Shown: piece by piece, positions 54,400 to 64,000 of the stretch
Layout: every line of letters begins with the position of its first letter
How positions within the stretch are numbered: position 1 is the first letter of the stretch
Assembly: GCF_009834535.1 (NCBI RefSeq)
Contig: NC_045696.1
Span: forward strand, 91,328,001-91,392,000
Reading direction: 5' to 3'
Source: Camelus ferus
Taxonomy: Eukaryota
DNA: 64,000 bases
The notes under the pieces: model-generated
Told to the model about the DNA's origin: nothing
The model's database searches: none
Seen by the model: only the letters and a program-made list of their open reading frames with translations
Program-made: the position numbers and the translations under genes

Positions 54400-55400
54400 A
54401 ATTCTCCTAGTGAGAAGAAAATTGTGAAAGTCCTTCCTCTTGGAGAAAGGATTAAAGGCATGAGCAGAGTGTTGTCTTGATTTGCACTTTGAGAGCTAAG
54501 GAGATAGAAGATCCGAATGTCCCTATGTCAAATAAGACAGTTGTATCAGTATTTTTAAATCATCCAACCAAAAAACAAATAAAAAAAGCCTGTCCCTTTT
54601 AGTATTATAGGCAAATTAGAACAAATATGCAAGAAGTAATTACAATCTTATCTAAACTGTTTTATGTAATTAAAAAAGAAGTACATTCTTCAACTAATTC
54701 TGTAAGGCTAATATAGCCATATCAACACCAAAGGACAATATAAGAAAGAAAAATACAGACCCATCTTAATTATGAGCACAGATGCACAAATCACAAATAA
54801 AAATCTTAGCAAAATGACTCTAGCAATGCTTAAAGAAAATAGTTAACATTTGTTAAGTGCTTAGTCTGTACCAGGTACTAGTCTTTTAACTCATAATTCT
54901 CTTAATATCTTATGAGGGAGGAACTATTGTTATCCTCATGTTATAAAAGTTAAGACTAAGTTAAGTTATGTAGGATGCAAAGATGACAATATTCAAGATG
55001 TAATTCCCTTCAGGGAAAGACTAAAGGGGAAAAAATTCATTGTATCAGTAAAAGTGTCTCATAAAATTCAGTACCCATTCATGAAAAAAAAATTGCAACC
55101 TAAAAATTTTGGAGAACTTTCTTAAACTGATTAAGAAGACATTATATATATATGATATATATATGTATATATATAATTATAGATAATTAAGATTGTAAGT
55201 GATGTATATATATACTCTCCTTTTGTAAAATTCAAAATCTGTTTATGATTAAAAAAAATCCCTCAGCAAACTAGCAGTAGAAGGGAACATCCTTAATCTA
55301 ATAAAGGATATCTACAAAAACCTACAACTAAAATCAGACTTAATGGGGAAATATTGAATGCTTCCCCATTGAATTAAAAAATAGACAAAGATGTCCCTTT
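54400..55400 (+). mobile_element. Old L1 ORF2 (reverse transcriptase region) remnant
   Basis: ctcagcaaactagcagtagaagggaacatccttaatctaataaaggatatctacaaaaacctaca. Confidence 0.7.
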
Positions 55401-57571
55401 GGTAATTCATTTGTTTTCAGCTTAAATCATGTCAAGGTAATTTAATATTTTGTAACATCAGAACCTTTTCACAGTGGGAGAGTTGTTTTTCAGTGGTCCT
55501 GAATAATTCTCCAGACTTGTTCTTTGCCACATGAAAACGCTTTGTTAAACCTGTCTAGTATTGGAATACAAAAGTATAACCAGTGCTTAGCGCAGCATGA
55601 GTTAGCATGTCTTTCACCCAGGAAACTAACAATATTATTGGCGATCCCTAAAATGAGGGTACCTCTAACTGTAAGAGATTATTTGAGAGCTCAAAGGGAA
55701 ACCTTTTCCAAATTTTGATTTGGAACTAACTCTGTAACGCAGTGCACACCCCTACTATCAAAACTAAAAGCAGTGATGTCCCTTCCTCTGTGTTTTGGAA
55801 TCAGTGGTCATAATAAGGAAGTATGCCTTTCCATCAGTAGGCCTTTTACATGGTCGTCTGGCACAAATCATAAGGTGACCTCAAATGATTTGAAACTTAA
55901 GTAGAAAGTCTTTAGAAAGAATTGTAATCTTATCTCAGCAAGAGTCCAGATTCCTTTCTGACTTACTAGCAGTAACCTAGAATAGACTGTCTAGTTAATT
56001 ATGATAAATTCACCTCATTTCTCAATGTGAGACAAAATTCAAACCACTGATTGGTGAGCTGTCTCAGAAAAATGGGGATAGAAAATTGACCTCCCATTTA
56101 TTATGGCAGTAATAATATGTACCAAATAGGGTAGATATGAGGCTTAAACAGATAAAGCAGCTATACTTGCACAATGCTGAGCCCACAGTTCATCAGTGGT
56201 TATGATGTTTCTTCTCTTTATCACCATCATCATAATCATCATCATCATTGTCATCCTGAGTATCTGCCATGTACCAGGCCCATGTTAAAATATTGAAGGC
56301 AGAATCATATTCATTTTTGGAGTTTTGTAATCTCTAGGGAGATACTTAGCCATTAAAAATTCATGATGCAGTATTCCTCAAGGAAACGGTTGTAAGTTCA
56401 TTGTACTACAGGTTGTTGGGAAAGAATTTATTGATCAAATATCCTAGAAAACAGACTACTAAGCAATCTCATTACGAATATTCAACCTAAATATTAATAC
56501 ATATGGGGAAATATTATATACAGTGTTCTAAAAACCAGCCCAAGTGTGGATCAAGAAAAAAGACACATCTTAAATCAAAAAAGAACCTCTTCTGAATTGT
56601 TAACTGAATCTTGGATCTGATGCACTCCAGAGTTTGCACCTTCTTGACTTCACCAGCAGATGTTGCTGTGAAGTAGAATAAGGCCTGCATGGTTTTGAAC
56701 ATTTGTGGACTGAACTCTGAGAATGACTTACCCACAATGAAAGGAAATCTTTATATTTGTTTATATGTTTATATTTTTGTTTGTTTGCTTATTTTTTATT
56801 TAATCTACTGGGAACAACCTGGAAAAATATTTTTTAATGATAACTATTTTATTTCAAATATTATTTTAGGGTTTGTAAAGCATTTTTGGATACATTATCT
56901 CTTTTTATGTCATTTTCTTAATACTCCTTCATCAAGGTAGGCGAGTTCTGTTATCCTCAATTTCTTGGCTCATTTAAGGCTCATAAAGATTAGTCAGCAG
57001 GCCTGATGTCTTTTAGTTAGTGGGTAATGGTGCTAGGATTTAAATGCTGAATTTCTGACCCCAAGCCCAGCAGGCTTTCTTCTACACTCCAGATTTATAA
57101 AACCAAATGCAAAGGTCAGCAGTCTGAGTTTTTAAGTTCACTGAATCCAGGAATATACAAGTGAACACATACAATTATTTTGACCAAGATATTTAACTTT
57201 ACGAGTGCTATTTCTTAGTGGCTAAAATACAGTTCTGGAAACATTTGGCCTTAGTAAGATTCTCAAAGAAGAGCTTTCTAATACAAAATTTAATGGGAGA
57301 TGAAATAAAAATCAATTATAATTTCTTCTTTGTTTGCAAATCTAATTATTTATCAAAGTGATGTTAATTGAATAATTGTAAATACCTATCTAAAATTCTG
57401 TAATGTATTCTTAATAGTCAAATGTTCTGGATATATTTTAAAGGAATTAATACTTAATTAAAAACCAACTTATATTGTAATAGACAAGGAAAATGTATCA
57501 ACCCTATCTTGTTCAGATACTATCTCTGCAAAAAAGTTGCTCTACTGACATACATATGTACGTACTAGTAC

Positions 57572-57689
57572 TAGAGTGACAAAGTGACAAACAGTCACAG
57601 TTTGCCTGGGACTGAAGGATTTCCTGGGACATGGGACTTTCAGGACTAAAGCTGGGATAGTCTTAAAACCAGGACAGTTGGTCACTCTA
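57572..57689. mobile_element. hAT-Blackjack MITE (MER94/MER81-like)
   Basis: Perfect 9-bp terminal inverted repeats tagagtgac...gtcactcta, with internal gggac repeats. Confidence 0.75.
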
Positions 57690-58003
57690 GCACACATGTA
57701 TAATATTTTATAACTTATATACGTAATGTATTATATATTAGTTACACACGTATTTTTCCTCCTAATAACTTGGGTTATCTTGCACAATTCTCTTACTATG
57801 CTGTAATATGATGATGCCCTCAGTAACCATCCTGGTGAGTGAAACTCTTTGTCAGTGTGTTAAACTAAGCTAGCATGCTGATACTTCTTTTCCGATATTT
57901 TATCTCAGTTTTACACATTTATTACTTCCTCCTTTTGCTGACACAATGTATTCTAAAGCTCATTAAATGCTATTAGTCAGTGTTTAAAAAAAAAAAGTCA
58001 GAT

Positions 58004-58200
58004 GGGGGAGAGAGTATAGCTCAGTGGTAGAGCACATGCTTAGCATACGCAAGGTCCTGGGTTCAATCCCCAGTACCTCCATTAAAAATAAATAAATAAA
58101 TAAGCCTAATCCTTCCCCCCCAAGAAATAAATAAATAAATGAAAAGAAGCTGCCACTTTAAAAAATAAAAATTAGAAACAAAAACAAAAAAAATTTTTTT
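58004..58200 (+). mobile_element. tRNA-derived SINE (camelid Vic-1-like)
   Basis: tatagctcagtggtagagcacatgcttagcat...ggtcctgggttcaatccccagtacctcc plus an (AAAT)n tail. TSD aagtcagat at 57995-58003 and 58201-58209. Confidence 0.9.
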
Positions 58201-58299
58201 AAGTCAGATAAATTTGTAAAATGTATTTTGTGTATCTAGTCTCTGAGTTTTGAGGGAATAAAGTGGTTGGTCTTTTTTATTGGAAAAAAAATTGCTCTA

Positions 58300-58720
58300 C
58301 TGGATCAGGATTAGATAAAGTGGTCAACCAATAGTGGGCTGAAGAAGATAAAAGTGTATTTATTTATCTTGTAAAAGAGGTTTAGGCACAGGCAGCCCAA
58401 GGCTGGCAAGACAGCTTTGTAATATTAAAGACCCAGGCTTCTTCTATGTCGTTATGCAAAATTTCTTCATCTAAGATGGTTGCTGAAATTCCAGCCATCA
58501 TTACCATATTCCAATCAGTTAGAAGAAGGAAGGGAAAAGGAGCCACATTCAGTGTCTCACCATCAGCCAGAATTTAGTCGTATGGCCATATCTAGTTGCA
58601 CCTGATGCTGGAAAATACAGTCTTTACTCAAAATGGCCATACATGCCATTAAAACGAGAATACTATTACTTAGGAAAACAGAGAAAATAGGTATCAGGGG
58701 ACAATTAGAAGTCCCTGGAA
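58300..58720 (-). mobile_element. Old MaLR LTR (MLT1-like)
   Basis: caatagtgggctgaagaagat...aagatggttgctgaaattccagccatca...gccagaatttagtcgtatggccatatctag. Confidence 0.55.
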
Positions 58721-60037
58721 CACCTATCCAGGTCTACTGCTGTAGCAGATGAAATTTCTACTTTTGTAAGCCATGAGTTACTTTCTTTTCTTCTATTTAT
58801 TTCTTCTTTGCCTTCAACATGTAATTCCTGTTAAAAATTAAAAGTTCCTTTACATTTAACTCTGTCAGCATATGAGTTTGCATATATCTTGTCCTGCATC
58901 ATCTTGGGTCTCTTGAACAGAGGTAATTCATGCTGAAATGTGGAAAGGAATAGCTTAACTCTGGGCTGAAGGTTTTGGTCCAGTATTTCTTCCTTCAGCT
59001 CAGCATTTGGAGTTAGCCATTTAGACAGTGGCTAAACAGGGACTTGTTTATGGCCACTGCACCTGCAACCTTGAATTATGCAATCTCCAAGGGTCTAAGA
59101 TTGGCCTGTGACCTCATAACTAGGAACCATTTTCTTTGAGACCCTTCAATGAGTCTTACGAGTAGGGTGAAGCTATACTGATACCAAGAGTATCCTCAAA
59201 GATTCCTAGATTTATGGAAATTCATTGCTGAAAGAGACTAAGAATCCAACCCCCTCGTTTTACTGAGAAATCTCAGAGGAGTTACGTAATTTGCCTAAGG
59301 ACATCAGGCTAGTTACAAAATGTGGTTGGATAATTACTCCCGGTCCCCTCCTCCAAAACTCACAAACAGGAAATTGTAGTTGTTCAGGTCCTGTCTTTAG
59401 GTGGACACATCATCACTGTGATTCTACCATATTTCCTACTGATATTCAGAAGTTGCTTTGTGATGTTCTTCTGTTAGCCCTTGCATAGCCTCTACAGGAG
59501 GAAAACATTAGTGTGGTAGAGTTATCGCCCCATCTGCAGGATGAAGGGACTTGACCATACTCTCCTTTATGCATAAGTAAGAGAATGGGATGTGCATTAA
59601 AGGCAGAAGTCATTGTTTCTTTTCCAGATTTTTAGATCTCCCCAATAACAGTCCTAAGCCATCTCTTGCAGGAATCGTGTATCTGAGGAACTCTGGTAAT
59701 TCATGTTTGTTTCCCATGTTACATAGGACAGAAAGTTGTATATGCTCATAGCATCATCAAATTTGAAGGAATCATTGTTTCTTCAATTCCTTGATTCTCA
59801 GTTGAGAAAACTAAAACCCAGAGAGATGAATTGACTTACCAAGATCATATTTCTTGCTTATGATTTATAGGAAGCCTAAGCTTAAAACAACTCCACAGTT
59901 TGTTGCTAACAAAATTAATGATTAGTATTTACATAATAGATTAGTATCTGAAAACTAACTGCCTGCTGCAGATAAAAAAAGAAAAATGTGAATTTCCTTC
60001 CAGACATTTTAAATTAATAATTAGACAGCATGGACTA

Positions 60038-60644
60038 GTTTTATAAAATATTTTATTTAAAGTAGAGCTTTACAAAAATAGTCTTAATAAAATTAATACA
60101 AAACCATCTTACAATATAACTTATATAACTATCTTCTCAAAAAAGTGACATTTGATTATAACACATAAACTACATTTGTATTTGTTAAGTCACATTGTAG
60201 TATAAATATGTTTTATCATCATTTTTTGTAATAAGGTATATACCAGTAACAATGAACAATGGATAACAAATGTTATTTTATTATTCTTCCAATGTAAAAT
60301 TCATCTCTGGCCAAAACAAAGTTTACCAAAGAAAAGTAAAACAATTGTCCTTCTGTTCAACTATACAGTCCTTTTTAATTATTTGAGAGTTTCTCTGACA
60401 AGGACACAGCATTAATCTGAAAGCACCATGGCATCAAGTCTAGTAACAATATCCCCAAAAGCCTTCTCCAATGTCTCCCCTTTGACTGTTTATTCAGCAT
60501 TTTGCCAAGATAAATATCTCTCAGCTCTCTCCTTCATTAGTCTCAAGTGTTCTTAATATGCACTGAGGTTTTCAGACCTTCCCAACTGGCACCTGTTTAA
60601 AATGTGAGTTTCTTTCTTTGGCTTCAAGTGGAGTTTCACAACAC
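60038..60644 (-). other. PTX3: PTX3 3' UTR (AU-rich, about 600 nt)
   Basis: Follows the TAA stop. AT-rich and repeat-free, with ATTTA pentamers (60203-60207, 60511-60515) and ending shortly after an AATAAA. The 3' end is approximate. Confidence 0.75.
60052..60057 (-). terminator. Probable PTX3 polyadenylation signal AATAAA
   Basis: tttatt on + is AATAAA on -, at the distal end of the AU-rich UTR. Confidence 0.7.
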
Positions 60645-61258
60645 TTAGGAAACATACTGAGCTCCTCCGTGGGTCTGAATCTCCGTGACTCCCCACCCAA
60701 CCACATTGCCCCGGATGTGACAAGACTCCTCTCCTCCAGTCTTTCTTATCTCCTCGTTGCTGAGAACATGATTCCAGATATTGAAGCCTGTGAGTCTTCC
60801 AGAAAAGGCTAATGTTTCATCAAAGCCACCACCCACGCAGCAGCCATTCTTTTCTTGGCCAATCTGCAGGATTCCTCCCTCAGGAACAACGTGACCCGTA
60901 GCCATGTTGACTGTGGTGGCCACCAGTTCACCATTTACCCAGAAGGACATGCGCCCTTTCTCTGAATTCCAGGTGCTGCACAGATGGGTCCACGTTCCCA
61001 GGGAAATCACGGTGTCGGCAACCAGTCTGTTTTCCTCTCCACCCACCACAAGCACAATGGACTGATAGGTGAGGTACAGCTGGATCTCATATGGATTCCT
61101 CTTTGTGCCATAGGAAAACAGGATGGTTTTGTTTAATACATCTGTGGCTTTGACCCAGATGCAGGCACTGAAAGCATCAAGTTTCATTGGTGTCGCCGGA
61201 TGCACGCTTGCAAAAATCTTTTTGGAACGCATGGGGAATAAAATCGCTGTTTCACAAC
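60645..61258 (-). CDS. PTX3: PTX3 (pentraxin 3) last exon, C-terminal pentraxin domain
   Basis: Minus-strand acceptor ttcctgctactctag|GT at 61259/61258. 614 nt encoding (G)CETAILFPMRSKKIFASVHP...QEKNGCCVGGGFDE...HGGAQYVS*, with the pentraxin signature HLCSTWNS (60963-60986) and an NKT sequon. Exons 1-2 lie beyond 64000. Confidence 0.98.
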
Positions 61259-61869
61259 CTAGAGTAGCAGGAAAGTAAGAATATAAGAGTAAATATAAAC
61301 TCATTCCAAAGTGATTCTGGCAGTTAGGTATTTTAGCATGGGCCTTTTCATGACTACAGTTGAAAACTAATGCTGCATCATATTATGACTTAAGGGGCCC
61401 CAATTGCAATCTCTGTAGAGCAAAGAAAACAGGAATAAGGAAAGCCAACTGTCTCATTCAATGAAGCATCTAAATGGAGAAGGCGGCACACAGAGGAGCC
61501 AAATCGTTCAAACCCACAGAATAATGAAAACCATGTTTTAATAACTACTTCCCTTCCCAACTAGCTTATTTTGTTACAGCTTTTTAAAAAAGTGTTGAAT
61601 CACTATGTGTTAACTCCAAATAATGACACTTGTAATTTCCAAAAACTTAAAGCCAAGCTAGTTTCCCTCCCATTGACTTTATCAAGCTCCTAGAACTAAC
61701 ACCTGTGAGATTCATTGGGCCCAGCTAATCTGGCCATTAACATGTATTTTTCAGCAAAACTCTAGGACAGTCAGGATGTTGCTGAATACATTTGAATAAA
61801 TCACATATTCTCAGATATTTGTAAACTTTGCAAAGTTTGTAGAAAACTACCTTTGAAAGACAACAATAT

Positions 61870-62130
61870 ATAAATAATGATGACTAACTCTTATCAGGTA
61901 CTCACTATGTGCCAGATACTGCTCTAATCCCTTTGTCATTTTAATCCTCATATCAACCCTAAGAGGTGGTCTTACTAGTCCCATTTTACAGATTAAAAAA
62001 AAACCTGAGGCACAGAGTGCTAAGTAGTGTGGCTATGCTGACGTAGCTGGTAAGTGGTAAAACTGGGGTTTGAAACTGGGCACTCTGGCTGCAGAAGCCA
62101 CACCCTTAACCAGCACACTGCATTGCCTCT
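61870..62130 (-). mobile_element. MIR SINE in the PTX3 last intron
   Basis: ctcactatgtgccagatactgctctaa...cccattttacagat...ctgaggcacagag. Confidence 0.75.
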
Positions 62131-64000
62131 TAATGGTAGAAGAACCCCCGGATTTGGCTAAAAGAGCTGGAATTCAGTTTGTTTATTACTAGTAAGCTGT
62201 GTAGCTTTTTATGAATCCCACGATCTCTCCAAGCTTTACAGTTATCTGTCAAAGTCTCTTCCATTTCCCTCCTAATATTCTCCAAGTCGGTAAGCAGCAA
62301 CTATGTAGCACTTGAGAAGAGCTGTGCAGACCAAAGATATGCTTAAAAATTCTCACATTATCCACATGCTTATAAATACTATTTAAGCCATAACAGAAAC
62401 CTTTAAGGAAGAGTGAATTCTTCCAACAGGCTGGATGAAGAACATTTCTGCTATTACACACTTAAGAGACTTTCAAACTTGAGGGTTGAGAGCTCAGTAA
62501 ACTCCCGCCTCTGTCTACCTCCAGGTCACATGGTCAATCAGGGAGCTGGAGATGCTGCAGTGAAGAGCTTCTAGGTATCTTTGGGAAAGGATGTGCTAGA
62601 ACCTTTGACAGGTGAACTCTGCTTTATTCTAACCTCATATATGTATAAAAGACTAGATGAAGAAAGAATGTTTAAAACCTAAGTTAGGGCTAGGTAGACA
62701 CTGCTTTAAAAAGCAAACTGTCAGAGCATTTAAAGACTAACTGGTGAATAGACGGAACTTGCAGGAACCAAATGTCCATGCAAAGTGTGGTAAACTAAGT
62801 TAACCACCTGCAAGTGGCTGAGGGCCAGTTTCCATCCCCCCCAAATAAAGTAGATGTGGTCCTTATCCTTTAGAAATAGTCAAAGAAGATATTGAAATTC
62901 AGAAAACCCTATAATAGTAACTAATACAGAAGCACAAAATTGGTCTTATCATACTTTGGTATTAACTTTTTCACTGAATAATTTGAATCTCTGAAGATTT
63001 TTTAAAAATGAATTTTTAATGAGGCATTCTTTTTTCAAGTGAAATTGATAGGTGCATGCTTTTCTAGCTATGTTATTTAAATCAAAGATCATGGAACAAA
63101 AGATCACCATATACATGGGCATTTGAGATATTCTCTGTAATGTTTCAGTAAAGTAGTGTTTGAGAGGGAGCCTACTGCAATCTAATTAACTGATTTCCTG
63201 TTTAAATAAGCCCAGGCAGTCAGGATTGCATTCCAAAGCCTTCCTTGATTGCCTCTTAGAGAACCAGCTTCCCCTGTAGGCTGCACTGGTTATGTGAGTT
63301 CATGGAGTGGAACTGCATGCTGGCAGGGTTTTTTTTGTGGCATCTTTTGGAGGCCAGTGATTGAGGCCCTTGATATGTCTTTAAAATGTCAGAAACTCTC
63401 TCATGAAATGGCTTTTAACTAATAGGTTTTTCTGATTATATTATCAAAGACCAAGCAGAATTAAAACCAGGTTCTTAAGAGGCCGACAACAGAATGATTA
63501 GGAATCCCTTAGGAGCCAAGCTGGCAGGAAACCAAGAGAGGAGAAATCAAAGCATGTGGGTAAAACTAATGTGGATGTAATAAGAAATTAACACTTTAAA
63601 ATTCAGAAAAACATTCCTCTTCTGCTCTAGCTAGTATACAGAGGTAAAGGTGAAAATTAGTGTAATTCTTCAGTTTTTCTGGTATGTGATATGCACAATG
63701 ATTCTATGTTGTTTGCAAAAGACAAGAAATTCCATCCATTAAAACAGCCAAAGAATTATAATTTGTCTTCTTGCCACTTACATTGAGGATCTATTGTATA
63801 TTTGTTTTTAGGGGTTTTCCCCCTCTGAAGCCCTATTTAATATATATTTTTTAAATGCTCTGTACTGATAAACCATCCTCAAATATTTAGGAAAGACAAA
63901 TATGATATTCTGGTATGCTTACTGCAATTTTAAATGAAACGTGCTTGATTCTTTCTCCTACCCCATCCAATAAGAGTTGTTTTATTGGACATATAAGAAA

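Noticed and set aside
58004..58082. tRNA-like sequence with A and B boxes (also at 7360 and 51300)
   Set aside because: A-rich tails, TSDs and multiple diverged copies identify these as SINEs, not tRNA genes.
61259..61304. N-terminal MSLYLLLYSYFPATL of the 219-aa ORF, resembling a signal peptide
   Set aside because: It is the translated polypyrimidine tract of the PTX3 intron; the exon starts at the acceptor at 61258.
1..64000. A novel multi-gene system
   Set aside because: All convincing coding sequence is explained by VEPH1 and PTX3, and the rest by transposon relics and intronic DNA.

Overview
Mammalian genomic DNA, probably camelid (inferred from tRNA-derived Vic-1-like SINEs). It contains the 5' part of VEPH1 on the + strand: a CpG-island first exon near 17.2-17.4 kb, other candidate 5' exons, and three coding exons (21349-21486, 41060-41275, 50650-50824) that splice in frame to give the first 176 aa. 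The last exon and 3' UTR of PTX3 (pentraxin 3) lie on the - strand, nested in the following VEPH1 intron. The rest is mostly old L1, L2, MIR, MaLR/ERV LTR and DNA-transposon relics plus younger SINE and L1 3'-end insertions. I see no convincing new biological system. The best second-look items are a spliced uORF in frame with VEPH1 and separated from it by a single TAA, a possible intron-read-through short VEPH1 isoform, a 49-bp apparently templated local duplication, a twin-primed L1 and a MER41-like LTR. Repeat family names come from recalled consensus sequences and repeat boundaries are approximate.
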